Shown here piece after piece: positions 19,839 to 29,248 of a stretch of 64,000 bases of DNA. Within the stretch, counting starts at the first letter, position 1. Each line of letters opens with the position of its first letter. Both the position numbers and the translations under genes were made by a program. The notes under the pieces were generated by a model. That model saw nothing but the letters and a program-made list of their open reading frames with translations. It made no database searches and was not told where the DNA came from. Source of the DNA: Candidatus Latescibacterota bacterium (GTDB lineage Bacteria > Latescibacterota > UBA2968 > UBA8231); contig OZ242005.1 in assembly GCA_965204725.1 (NCBI GenBank), positions 2,400,001 to 2,464,000 of the forward strand. Reading direction: 5' to 3'.

Positions 19839-20968
19839 GGGGCCAAGTCTCGCGCCAGCCGCACCCCGACGTGGCTAAAGCGCCGCTCGGGCGCGTTCCA
19901 GCAACGCTGGGCCGAGCGAGAAAGCCAAGCCGCGTCTTGGAAGCTGCCGCCGCGAAACACCCGGGCGGTGCCCTCAAGCGGCCCTTGGGGATCGGTCTGC
20001 GGCCCCTCTGGGTAAGCCCCCAGCCAGTCGCCGACCCATTCCCACACATTGCCGTGCATATCGTACAGCCCCCAAGGGTTGGGTGCTTTTAAGCCCACCG
20101 GCTGCGCGGCTAGCCGCCCATGGTCCGCCCACCAAGCGTGGCGGTCCAAGTCCTTGGGGGCCTTGCCAAACGACCACGGCGTCTCCGTGCCCGCCCGCCC
20201 CGCGTACTCCCACTCGGCCTCGGTGGGCAGCCGGTACACCTCGGCACCGGCAGCGGCGTTGAGGCCGGCGATGAATTCTTGCGCGTCTTCCCAAGAGATG
20301 TACACCGCCGGGCGGTCGAAGCCCTCCTCCACCTCGTCGTCGCGACCGCGCCACGGGCGTTCTCCGGTCACCGCCTCCCACTGGCGCTGGGTGATCTCGC
20401 ACTGGCTTAGATAGAACCCCCGAGTCAGGCGAACCGCATGCTGCGGGCCTTCGTCGTCGTTGCGGCCCGGCTCATCCCCCGGCGAACCCATGGTAAAGAC
20501 GCCCGGCTCAATCCACACCATATCCAGCGACGCGCCCGGGGCCAACTCTACGGTAAGCTGGGGCTGCGAGTGGGAAGGCAACGGCTCCACGACGAGGGTA
20601 AGACCGAGGGGCACAGACTGCCCCGCGACCAAATTTAGCCGCGCCGAGCCGCGGGTCACCGCAGCACCGGCCGCATCGTAGCCAGCCACAGTAAACAGCC
20701 TAGCAGTACCCGCCGGAATCTCGGCGACTGTCCCGACGATGCGATCCTCAGCCACGGCCAAGGGCTGGCGCATGGCTGGCATATCGGCCGCTGTGACCAC
20801 GACCTCGGCTTGGGCGAGCCGAGCGGCCACTTGAGCATCCACCTTAGCGGTCACAACCACGACTGCGCCGGTCTCCTCAGCCCCTGTGGGGGCCGAGTGC
20901 CAATCTCCACAAGCGAGCAGCCCCGGCAGGGCCGCTACCAGAGAGCCTATTTTCAAGCAGGGGTGCAT
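19835..20968 (-). CDS. Lipoprotein with formylglycine-generating enzyme (FGE-sulfatase/SUMF1) domain
   Basis: Lipobox LLAC, 'FTMGS', 'RLPTEAEWEYA', 'PNPWGLYDMHGNVWEW', 'RVFRGGSF'. Stop overlaps the MazG-like start (ATGA). Confidence 0.9.
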   Translation of the reverse strand: MHPCLKIGSLVAALPGLLACGDWHSAPTGAEETGAVVVVTAKVDAQVAARLAQAEVVVTAADMPAMRQPLAVAEDRIVGTVAEIPAGTARLFTVAGYDAAGAAVTRGSARLNLVAGQSVPLGLTLVVEPLPSHSQPQLTVELAPGASLDMVWIEPGVFTMGSPGDEPGRNDDEGPQHAVRLTRGFYLSQCEITQRQWEAVTGERPWRGRDDEVEEGFDRPAVYISWEDAQEFIAGLNAAAGAEVYRLPTEAEWEYAGRAGTETPWSFGKAPKDLDRHAWWADHGRLAAQPVGLKAPNPWGLYDMHGNVWEWVGDWLGAYPEGPQTDPQGPLEGTARVFRGGSFQDAAWLSRSAQRCWNAPERRFSHVGVRLARDLAP

Positions 20969-21010
20969 GGTTATATTGTAAGGCAAGGTCCGCTCGCCGC
21001 AACACGCCCA

Positions 21011-22813
21011 ATGCCCACTCCTCCCACCTCCTCCCCACCTGAACGCCGCACTTGGCTCGCGCCGGCCCTCCTACTGGTGGGGCTAACCGCCGGGGCCTAT
21101 ATCCCGGCCATGAACGGCGGTTTTATCTGGGATGACGACGACTACGTCCAAGACAACCTCACCCTGCGCTCGCTAGCGGGGCTTGGGCAGATTTGGTTCC
21201 AGCCGGGGGCCACGCGCCAATACTATCCGCTGGTCCATACCACCTATTGGCTCGAATACCGTCTGTGGGGATTGGACCCGACCGGCTACCACGTGGTCAA
21301 TGTAATCATGCACGCCCTCAGCGCCGTTTTGGTCTGGCGGCTCTTAATCCGCCTATCAGTGCCCGGTGCTTGGGCCGCAGCCGCCTTGTTTGCCCTGCAC
21401 CCCGTCCACGTCGAGTCGGTGGCTTGGATTACCGAGCGCAAGAACGTGTTGTCCGGCGCGTTCTATCTGAGCGCGGCATGGGCCTATCTGCGCTATGAAG
21501 AAGCGCGCCGGCCGCGCTGGTACTGGGCCGCTTTGTTCCTCTTTGCCGCGTCCCTGCTCAGCAAGACCGTCACCTGCACCCTGCCAGCCGCCTTGTTGCT
21601 GGTGCTGTGGTGGAAGGGCCAAACGCCAATGAGACGCACGACCGTAGCGCTCGTGCCTTTTTTTATTTTAGGGGGGGCCATGAGCGGCGTGACGGTGTGG
21701 ATGGAGCGGCACAGCGTTGGGGCTTGGGGGCCAGCATGGGACTTGTCGCTGGTGGAGCGCGGCCTGATCGCCGGGCGGGCGTTGTGGTTTTACGCGGCCA
21801 AGCTCCTCGTGCCGCTCGACCTTGCGTTTATCTACCCTCGCTGGAAAATCGATGCAACCGCGGCTTGGCAGTATCTCTATCCAGCCGGTGCCTTGGGCGT
21901 CGGGGGGCTGCTGTGGGCCTTTAGGAAGCACTGGGGGCGAGGAGCGCTGACCGGCGCGTTGTTTTTTGCCGGCACCCTAACGCCGGCGCTCGGTTTTTTT
22001 AACTTCTACCCCATGCTCTACTCCTTTGTCGCCGACCACTTCCAATACTTGGCCAGTCTGGGGCTTTTGACCCTAGCCGCGGCCGGGGGGCACCGCACAT
22101 GGATGCGGCTGGGGCAGCCAGCGACCGGACCAGCCGCCCTAGCATTGGTCTTGGCCCTTTGCAGTCTGCTCACTTGGCGGCAAGGGGGGGTCTATGCCGA
22201 TTTGGAGACCTTGTGGCGCGATACGCTGAAAAAAAATGCCGGCGCGTGGATCGCCCACAACAATCTGGCCAATATCCTCAAAGAGCGCGGTCAACTCGAC
22301 CAAGCCATCGGCCACTACCGCCACGCCCTCCTACTAAAGCCCGGCAACGGCCAAATTCACCTCAACCTCGCCGACGCGCACCAAGCCCGGGACGAGGCCG
22401 CGGCGGCCATGCGTCACTACGGCCGCGCCTTAAAAGCCGAGCCGAATCGCGTCGAAATCTACCTCAAGCTGGGCAACGCCCTCCTCGGGCAAAACGCGGT
22501 CGCCGAGGCCATCGACCACTACCGACGCGCCCTCCAACTGGCCCCGGATCTCGCCTTGGTCCACAGCAATCTGGGCGCGGCCCTAGCACTGCAACGACGG
22601 GACGCCGAAGCCATGGACCACTACCGACGCGCCCTCCAACTCGAACCCGACTTGGCCGAGGCCCACAACAACTTGGGGCGGCTCTTAGCCCTTCGGGGGC
22701 AGTTCTCCGAAGCCATCGATCACTACCGACGCGCCCTCCAACTCAAACCCACCTACCGCCAAGCCCGTGCCAATCTCGCCCAAGCCCTGCAAGCGGTGGG
22801 ACAACCTCCGTAA
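21011..22813 (+). CDS. TMTC-like GT-C protein O-glycosyltransferase with C-terminal TPR repeats
   Basis: 'GFIWDDDDYV', 'YHVVNVIMH', 'LFALHPVHVESVAWITERK', 'ADHFQYLA', about six TPRs. ATG 21011 preferred over the overlapping upstream extension. Confidence 0.85.
   Translation: MPTPPTSSPPERRTWLAPALLLVGLTAGAYIPAMNGGFIWDDDDYVQDNLTLRSLAGLGQIWFQPGATRQYYPLVHTTYWLEYRLWGLDPTGYHVVNVIMHALSAVLVWRLLIRLSVPGAWAAAALFALHPVHVESVAWITERKNVLSGAFYLSAAWAYLRYEEARRPRWYWAALFLFAASLLSKTVTCTLPAALLLVLWWKGQTPMRRTTVALVPFFILGGAMSGVTVWMERHSVGAWGPAWDLSLVERGLIAGRALWFYAAKLLVPLDLAFIYPRWKIDATAAWQYLYPAGALGVGGLLWAFRKHWGRGALTGALFFAGTLTPALGFFNFYPMLYSFVADHFQYLASLGLLTLAAAGGHRTWMRLGQPATGPAALALVLALCSLLTWRQGGVYADLETLWRDTLKKNAGAWIAHNNLANILKERGQLDQAIGHYRHALLLKPGNGQIHLNLADAHQARDEAAAAMRHYGRALKAEPNRVEIYLKLGNALLGQNAVAEAIDHYRRALQLAPDLALVHSNLGAALALQRRDAEAMDHYRRALQLEPDLAEAHNNLGRLLALRGQFSEAIDHYRRALQLKPTYRQARANLAQALQAVGQPP
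22508..22750 (+). repeat. Three near-identical TPR-coding segments at 102-bp period
   Basis: GCCAT(C/G)GA(C/T)CACTACCGACGCGCCCTCCAACT starts at 22508, 22610 and 22712. Confidence 0.85.
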
Positions 22814-22896
22814 TCGGCCCGGCATTTGGCATCTAGCGCGAGAACTTAGTAGCCTATCCGCAGCAATCGTCCTGCATCCCCTACCCGGCAACTCGC

Positions 22897-24837
22897 ATGG
22901 CGCATCCGCAACCTTCCCTTGCTCCCCACGTGACCGGGCGCGGCATCTTCATCGGCTGCGTCCTGTGCGCCGTTATTGCCATTGGCGCACCCTACGGGCG
23001 TCAGCTCATCCAAGGCACTTCGCTGGCCCTGACTTCGGCGACCCCGAGCGCGTTTTTTCTGTTTCTCGTCCTGCTGTTGACCCTGCATCTGATCTTGGGC
23101 TGGTGTCGCCGCGACTGGGCCCTCCAGCGGGGCGAGCTGATTACCATTTTCACCATGATGATGGTGGCTTCGGCCATTCCCACCAAAGGCGTTAATGGCC
23201 TGCTCATGCCCATGATTACGGGCACCTTCTACTACGCCACCCCAGAAAACGATTGGGCCAGTCAAATCCATCCGTGGCTGCCGCGCTGGATCTTGGTAGC
23301 CAACCCCGAAGCGGTTAAGGAATTTTACGAAGGGGCCAGCCGCGGCCGCGGCATCCCTTGGGCGCATTGGTTGCCTCCGTTGGGGGCTTGGCTGTTGCTC
23401 TACTGCTCCTTGTATCTAGCCGCGACCTGCCTCAGCGTCATTTTGCGCCGCCAATGGGTCGAGCACGAGCGCCTGATCTACCCGCTCATGCAGGTGCCGC
23501 TGGCCATGATGGCCGACGATCCGCAAGGCCGGCTGGTAAAGCCCTTTTTCCGCAACTGGACCATGTGGATCGGCTTTGCCATCCCCGTGGTTTTTATGAG
23601 TTTTTTCGCGCTGCACAACTACTTTCCCTACTTCCCCCAAGTCGTCCTCAACACCTCCATCGACGTGTTTCGCCAAAGTATTTTCCTGACCTTTGGGCTC
23701 AATTTTCTCATGCTGGGCTTTGGTTATTTCATTAATACTCAGATCGGCTTCAGCTTGTGGTTTTTTTATTTGCTGCACCAACTACAAGAAGGGCTGCTGT
23801 TTTACTACGGCTTGCAAGACACGCAAGCCGAATTGGGCTGGTGGACCGAACCGGGCATGGGACACCAGATGATGGGGGCCCTCATCGTCTTGGTCCTCTC
23901 CGGGCTGTGGATCGGCCGGCCCCATTTCAAACGGGTCCTGCACAAGGCTTGGCGGCGGGACGCCCCGGTAGAAGACAGCGACGAGATCATGTCCTATCGG
24001 GCCGCTGTTTGCGGCGCAGCTTGTGGCATTGCCGGCCTCTGGCTCTGGCTCTGGCAGACCGGCATTCCCGCTTGGATCGTCCCGGTGTTCCTCTTTGCTG
24101 GGTTGGTAATTTTCATCGGCCTCGCCCGGGTCATTTCCGAGACCGGGCTACCCATCTTCAAAGCCAATATGATCCCGGCGGGCTTTGCCGTGTCCAGCGT
24201 AGGCGTGTCGGCTTTGGGCGCAAAGGGCATGGTCGCCACCGGCTATACTATGGTGTGGTGCGGCGACCTGTTGGTTTTTATGATGGCCCCCTTGGCCCAC
24301 GGCCTGCGCCTCGGCAGCGAGTTAAAAAGCGGCCAGCGCCGCCTGACGTGGGCCGTGGGCTTGGCCATGATCATCGCCTTAGTCCTGTCGGCGTGGTTCA
24401 CCCTGTACCTCGCTTACCGCTACGGCTCGATGAACCTGCTCATCTCCCAGCACTACGCGGCCGAGCCGTCCCGCTTTGCCCTCGAAAAAATCATCAATCC
24501 CACCGGTCCCAGCCTGAGCGGGTACTTGTGGATGACCGGGGGCGGCCTGATTATGGGGGGGCTGCTTGTGGCGCGGCATCACTTTTTGTGGTGGCCGTTC
24601 CATCCCCTCGGCTTCTTGGTCAGCCACGGCCGGGTCATGGACGGGATTTGGTTCACCCTTTTTTTAGCTTGGCTCCTCAAGAGCTTGGTGCTCAAGTACG
24701 GGGGCGTGCGTTTGTACCGCCAGACCCTGCCGTTTTTCTTGGGCCTTGCCTTGGGCCACATAGCCATCGGCGGCATCTGGCTGGTCATCGACGGCTTTAC
24801 CGGCATGGTAGGCAACCGCATCCCCCTCTATTACTAA
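22897..24837 (+). CDS. DUF6785/DUF6784-like polytopic membrane protein
   Basis: 'YATPENDW', 'RRQWVEHERLIYPLMQVP', 'WWPFHPLGF', 'KYGGVRLYRQTLPFFLGL'. Paralog of 17418..19415. Confidence 0.75.
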   Translation: MAHPQPSLAPHVTGRGIFIGCVLCAVIAIGAPYGRQLIQGTSLALTSATPSAFFLFLVLLLTLHLILGWCRRDWALQRGELITIFTMMMVASAIPTKGVNGLLMPMITGTFYYATPENDWASQIHPWLPRWILVANPEAVKEFYEGASRGRGIPWAHWLPPLGAWLLLYCSLYLAATCLSVILRRQWVEHERLIYPLMQVPLAMMADDPQGRLVKPFFRNWTMWIGFAIPVVFMSFFALHNYFPYFPQVVLNTSIDVFRQSIFLTFGLNFLMLGFGYFINTQIGFSLWFFYLLHQLQEGLLFYYGLQDTQAELGWWTEPGMGHQMMGALIVLVLSGLWIGRPHFKRVLHKAWRRDAPVEDSDEIMSYRAAVCGAACGIAGLWLWLWQTGIPAWIVPVFLFAGLVIFIGLARVISETGLPIFKANMIPAGFAVSSVGVSALGAKGMVATGYTMVWCGDLLVFMMAPLAHGLRLGSELKSGQRRLTWAVGLAMIIALVLSAWFTLYLAYRYGSMNLLISQHYAAEPSRFALEKIINPTGPSLSGYLWMTGGGLIMGGLLVARHHFLWWPFHPLGFLVSHGRVMDGIWFTLFLAWLLKSLVLKYGGVRLYRQTLPFFLGLALGHIAIGGIWLVIDGFTGMVGNRIPLYY

Positions 24838-24914
24838 CAAAACCTCCCATCCCTGTATCCTTTCCGCTACACTCCAGCACCTCCTATTCCCCGCCTCCTC
24901 TCTGAACCGCCGCC

Positions 24915-24930
24915 TTGGCACGATTCTTGC
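24915..24930 (+). promoter_or_regulatory. Sigma-54 (-24/-12) promoter consensus
   Basis: TTGGCACGATTCTTGC matches TGGCACGN4TTGC exactly, 41 nt before the Rpn-like start. Confidence 0.7.
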
Positions 24931-24971
24931 CTGTTGCTAGTACCTCCCTACCACAACCCAAGGCATAGCGC

Positions 24972-25904
24972 ATGGCCGAAATCGACACCGTTTCCAAGCA
25001 CCTGATCCAAACCTATCCGGCCGACTTCGCCCGCTTTGCCCTCCGGCGCGACGACATCGAAAACGTCAAAGTGATAGAGAGCGAACTGCCCACCGTCAAA
25101 GCCCGCCGCACCGACAGCCTCCTCCGCGTGCGCATCGCCAGCAAGGATGTCTTAGTCCACCACGAGTTTCAAACCACCGACCACCCGACCATGCCCCTCC
25201 GCATGGCCGGTTACATCGGCCGCATTATCGAGCACTACGGCCTGCCGGTGTACGCCCACGTCTTCTACCTGCGCCCGGCGGCCGGGCGACGCGACCCGGG
25301 GTACTACATTCAAGAGCATCCCGATTATCCGGTCGTGATCCGCTATAAGGTGATCCGCCTGAGCCAACTCTCCGGTCGAGCTGTGCTCGACCGTGCGTTT
25401 GTGGGCTTGCTGCCGTTTGCCCCGTTGATGCAGCCGCCAGCCGGTCAGACCGAGGCGGCGTGGTTAGAGCAGTGTGTGGCACGGGCGGCAGCCCTACCGC
25501 TGGATCGGCTGAGCAAGGCCGATTTTCTCGCGGGACTGGCGATCTTGAGTGGGTTGGTGTATAATCCGCAGACGATCATGGCCACTATTTCCAAGGAGCA
25601 TCTCATGGACCTCATCCGCGAATCCTCGTTTGCCCAGTATCTCGCCGAAAATGCCCGTGAGGAAGGCATGAAGCAAGGCATTGAGCAAGGCATTGAGCAA
25701 GGCATTGAGCAAGGAGGCCGAGAACGCGCTATTGAAGACCTGCTCGACGTGCTGGAGATTCGCTTTGCGCTGGCCGTGTCGGATCCGTTGGCCGCCCGCC
25801 TTGGGGCTATCGACGATGTGCAGCACCTCAAGCAGTTGTTTCGAGCGGCCATACAGGTGCCCAGCCTCGAAGCCTTTAGGCTCCTGTTAGACGCCGACGA
25901 GTAG
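24972..25904 (+). CDS. Rpn/YhgA-like PD-(D/E)XK nuclease ('putative transposase') with GIEQ repeats
   Basis: 'RRTDSLL...HHEFQT...MPLRMAGY', 'LLPFAPLM', 'EEGMKQGIEQGIEQGIEQG', 'LEIRF'. Confidence 0.8.
   Translation: MAEIDTVSKHLIQTYPADFARFALRRDDIENVKVIESELPTVKARRTDSLLRVRIASKDVLVHHEFQTTDHPTMPLRMAGYIGRIIEHYGLPVYAHVFYLRPAAGRRDPGYYIQEHPDYPVVIRYKVIRLSQLSGRAVLDRAFVGLLPFAPLMQPPAGQTEAAWLEQCVARAAALPLDRLSKADFLAGLAILSGLVYNPQTIMATISKEHLMDLIRESSFAQYLAENAREEGMKQGIEQGIEQGIEQGGRERAIEDLLDVLEIRFALAVSDPLAARLGAIDDVQHLKQLFRAAIQVPSLEAFRLLLDADE
25672..25714 (+). repeat. 12-bp coding tandem repeat (AGCAAGGCATTG) x ~3.5
   Basis: Read directly; encodes QGIE repeats. Confidence 0.9.
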
Positions 25905-25939
25905 ATCAAATTTCAAAGTAGCCCACTACCACTTTTTGC

Positions 25940-25968
25940 TTGAGATTGCGGCGTGTTCGCCGTATCCT
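25940..25968 (+). promoter_or_regulatory. Putative sigma-70 promoter
   Basis: TTGAGA (25940-45), N17, TATCCT (25963-68), upstream of the AAGGAGGT RBS of 26035. Confidence 0.5.
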
Positions 25969-26034
25969 ATACGGAAATTAGCAGGCACGAGGCACTTTTC
26001 CCGTTTCATCTAACTCCTCCAAAGGAGGTGGGTT

Positions 26035-26967
26035 ATGCAGCGCATTGCTATTCTCTTTGCCGTCCTCGCCCTAGTGGCCCTGCCCAATGCAGGCCAAGCG
26101 CACTGGGACGCCGGCACGGTTTGGTTCGTCGTCCAGTTTCCCGACGGGGCTACCCCCACCATCGACGGCAATCACGGCGATTGGGACGGGGTGCCAGCCT
26201 CTTATGGCATCGACAACTCGGTCTTCAACGATGCCCGCGGCCTAGTCCCCGAAGGCTGGAGCAACGCCGATTGGGACGTCACCGACTTCAGCATGTTGCA
26301 TCGGGTCGGCTGGAACGACACGGACAACAAGATCTACATGGCCACCCAAACCTTCGACGACGAACACAACATGGACCGCACCAGCCATTGGAGCGAGGAC
26401 GATTCGTGGGAGGTGTCGTTTACCTACAACCACGACGCCTATGCCGATGACGGCGGCTACGTCGATATCAACGACGAAAACATTGGCATCAATAGCCGCT
26501 ACAACTTCGCGGTGCCCGTCCATCCGACCCTCGGCGACTGGTTCTGGCTGCGGCCGGGCGATTTGACCGGCACCGAGTGGATATGGCCCGGCACGGATTG
26601 GCTCGAATTCAACTACACTTGGGATGGCGACGAATTCGGCGAGAGCACCTACTACTACGAAATGGGCCTCACGCCCATCGGCTCGTATCCCGTAGGCCTA
26701 GAGGGCGGCTACCAGCCCGAGGATGTGGAGGTATGGGATCTGGAAGAAGGTCAGATCATCCACATTTCCATCGTCCAGATCGACAACGACGGCGACTTCA
26801 ACAACTATCGCACCCCGGGTTGCTGCGGCTACTGGAGCACCCTTGATAATTGCTGTGCGTCGGTCAACGATTGGGTGCTGGCCGAGCCGGATCCGGCCTT
26901 TGTCGCCTCGACCTCGACCTCGGTCGAAGAAGATAGCTGGGCGCGCATCAAGGCCCGCTTTAAGTAA
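26035..26967 (+). CDS. Secreted acidic protein (CBM9/DOMON-like) with C-terminal SWARIK motif
   Basis: Signal peptide ending GQA-H23, 'QFPDGATPTIDGNHGDWD', 'DLEEGQIIHI', tail 'TSVEEDSWARIKARFK', two CC pairs. Confidence 0.75.
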   Translation: MQRIAILFAVLALVALPNAGQAHWDAGTVWFVVQFPDGATPTIDGNHGDWDGVPASYGIDNSVFNDARGLVPEGWSNADWDVTDFSMLHRVGWNDTDNKIYMATQTFDDEHNMDRTSHWSEDDSWEVSFTYNHDAYADDGGYVDINDENIGINSRYNFAVPVHPTLGDWFWLRPGDLTGTEWIWPGTDWLEFNYTWDGDEFGESTYYYEMGLTPIGSYPVGLEGGYQPEDVEVWDLEEGQIIHISIVQIDNDGDFNNYRTPGCCGYWSTLDNCCASVNDWVLAEPDPAFVASTSTSVEEDSWARIKARFK

Positions 26968-27017
26968 GTCGCTTCTCCGCTGGAATCGCCTCAATCCAGC
27001 TAGGGGGCAATGCTCAG

Positions 27018-27056
27018 AAGCCCGTGTTCCACGCTGGAACGCGGGCTTTTTTCTTT
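27018..27056 (+). terminator. Intrinsic terminator
   Basis: AAGCCCGTGTTCC-acgct-GGAACGCGGGCTT followed by a T-run (one G-U pair). Confidence 0.8.
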
Positions 27057-27075
27057 CCTCGCCAAAGGGGACCGC

Positions 27076-29238
27076 ATGAGAAAACACGGGGTGTTGTGGC
27101 TGGTCGTTGCGTTGGCGGGTCCGGCAGCGGGCGATTGGGCCGAGTTCGCGCTGGGCGGCGAGGACGGCAACCCGTGGGCTGTTCCCCTCGCGCTAGCGAG
27201 CGAAGAAGGCGGCTTCTACACCGTGTACGGCACCGACGGTCAAGTCGTGCGCACCGAGCCAGTGGGAACGTCGCCCGAGTGGGCCGGTGCCGATACCCTG
27301 ATCAACTACGCCGACGGGGCCATGACGCCGGCTTGGGTTGATCCTAGCTTGAACCTGACCCACATCGTCCGTTGGGACCAGAACGGCCAGAGCCAAGTGC
27401 CCTTTCACGATCTAGGCGGCAATATCCGCGTCACGCAGGGCGAGAACTCGGCTTTCATGGGCATGACCCTGCCCAGCACGCTGCTGGCCTACGACGGCGA
27501 CCGCACCTCGGCCATGTTTCGCATCTTCGTGCAGCGCGAGGGAGCACCTCCGGGGGTGGGGCGCGGCTTCCGCAACAATACCATTACCAATTTCGGCGCT
27601 GAAATGCCCATCAACCGCATCCGCTTCTATCCCCGGCTCAGCAAGACCGAAGACGCCCATATCATCGCCGCCATGGCCGCGCCCAAACCCGACCCGGACT
27701 CGTTTGGCGAAGAGAGTTTTGCCGCCAACTTTCTCGAGTGGTACGAGATTGGCGTCGCCGACAGCAGCGTCCCCATCGCCGACGATGCCTTCGCGATTCC
27801 CAAAGGGCTGCGCTGGCACAAAGTCCTCGCCTCGGCCGGCCTCGGCGGCTACCGGGTGAGCAACGATCCCGCCTACACCATTCTGCGCAGCGTCCGCGAA
27901 AACCTCGACGTGGTGGTTGACTTTCGCTTTCCCCTGCAACACGTCCGCTGGGTTTCCATCCGCGCCTTAGACCCGGTGCGCGACTGGGAAATCGCCGAGG
28001 TAGAAATCTACGGACAAGGCTTTGTGCGCCAAGCCCGCTATATAACCGACATCCTCGACTTTGGTCAGCCCATCAACTGGGGCAAAATTCGCTGGAGCGG
28101 CCAGCGCCCCCCCGGCACCCAAGTCGAAATTCGCACTCGCACGGGGACCGACCACAATCCCCACATCTACTGGCAGCCCAACGCCATCACCGGCGAGCCC
28201 GAGGAAATTAGCTTTGCCGAGCACTTCAGCCTCCCCGTCCGCGAGCGCGAACCCCCGCTGTACGACCGCGACCACTGGAGCTTTTGGTCGCCGCCCTACG
28301 ACTTTGCGGACGGCTTGCGCGACCGCGCTCAGGAGGCGACCGCTTGGCTGGACGGCACGGTCCTCCAGTCGCCTTCCCCGCGGCGCTATATGCAGTTGCA
28401 GATCACCTTGTTTGCCACCGAAACCGAGGCCCCTCGCCTCGACGCGCTCCAGTTTCAGTTGGCGCACTCCCTGTCGGCCTCGGCACTACTCGGCGAAATT
28501 TGGCCGGTCGCAGTCCAAGACACCCGCGCCCAGCGTTTCACGTACGTGGTGCGCCCCGACTTCCAGCCCGGCGACACGGGCTTCGACCGGCTCGAGATCG
28601 GCACCCACACCCAAGTTGACACCGTCTATCACGTCAAAATCGGCGGCGTGGCGATCGATCTAGCGGCCTTTCCGCCCCAAGTGCAAGCCGACCGCCTCAT
28701 CATCGCGCTAGACCGCAAGCTGTCCAGCCCGGAAACCGACCGCTTCAAGCAGGTGGAGGTGGCCTTCCAAGTGCCAGTACTGCGCTTCGGCACGGAGTTT
28801 TCCGGCTGGGTGTACAACAGCGACGACCCCGACCGCATCAAGCAGCAAGTACAGCCGGGCAACGCCACCTTCCGCTACGCCGGCGACGGGCTGGCCGTGC
28901 GCACCCAAGTCGGGGGGCGGCTGTTGGCGGATGTGCGGGTGCATCCCAACCCTTTTACCCCCAACAACGACCGGGTCAACGACGCCACGCGGCTGTCCTT
29001 TGACGTGCGCGAAGTGGTCGCACGTCGGCCCCTGCAAGTGGCCCTGTACGACCTAGCGGGCCACGCGGTGCAGACCTTGGCCCACACGCAGATCAAAACC
29101 GGCATCGCAGAGTACTCTTGGGACGGACGCCGGGCCGACGGCCGGCTGGTGTCCCCAGGGCTCTATATCTACCGCATTCGGCTCGACACCGATGAAGGCG
29201 CAGCAGAACACGTCGGCACCATTGCGGTCGCCTATTAG
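27076..29238 (+). CDS. Large secreted protein, subtype C, with C-terminal FTPN/FlgD-Ig domain
   Basis: ATG 27076 after AAGGGG, signal peptide, 'YITDILDFGQPINWGKIRW', 'PNPFTPNNDRVND...WDGRRADGRLVSPGLY', ends IAVAY. Confidence 0.8.
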   Translation: MRKHGVLWLVVALAGPAAGDWAEFALGGEDGNPWAVPLALASEEGGFYTVYGTDGQVVRTEPVGTSPEWAGADTLINYADGAMTPAWVDPSLNLTHIVRWDQNGQSQVPFHDLGGNIRVTQGENSAFMGMTLPSTLLAYDGDRTSAMFRIFVQREGAPPGVGRGFRNNTITNFGAEMPINRIRFYPRLSKTEDAHIIAAMAAPKPDPDSFGEESFAANFLEWYEIGVADSSVPIADDAFAIPKGLRWHKVLASAGLGGYRVSNDPAYTILRSVRENLDVVVDFRFPLQHVRWVSIRALDPVRDWEIAEVEIYGQGFVRQARYITDILDFGQPINWGKIRWSGQRPPGTQVEIRTRTGTDHNPHIYWQPNAITGEPEEISFAEHFSLPVREREPPLYDRDHWSFWSPPYDFADGLRDRAQEATAWLDGTVLQSPSPRRYMQLQITLFATETEAPRLDALQFQLAHSLSASALLGEIWPVAVQDTRAQRFTYVVRPDFQPGDTGFDRLEIGTHTQVDTVYHVKIGGVAIDLAAFPPQVQADRLIIALDRKLSSPETDRFKQVEVAFQVPVLRFGTEFSGWVYNSDDPDRIKQQVQPGNATFRYAGDGLAVRTQVGGRLLADVRVHPNPFTPNNDRVNDATRLSFDVREVVARRPLQVALYDLAGHAVQTLAHTQIKTGIAEYSWDGRRADGRLVSPGLYIYRIRLDTDEGAAEHVGTIAVAY

Positions 29239-29248
29239 GAGCCTGAGC

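Noticed and set aside
18613-20049. 478-aa minus-strand ORF
   Set aside because: Alternate-frame shadow over three well-supported genes; Arg/Pro/Gly-rich with no motifs.
24972-25904. Rpn gene as an IS element
   Set aside because: No terminal inverted repeats or target duplication seen and no DDE motif; the family is better explained as a nuclease/antitoxin unit.
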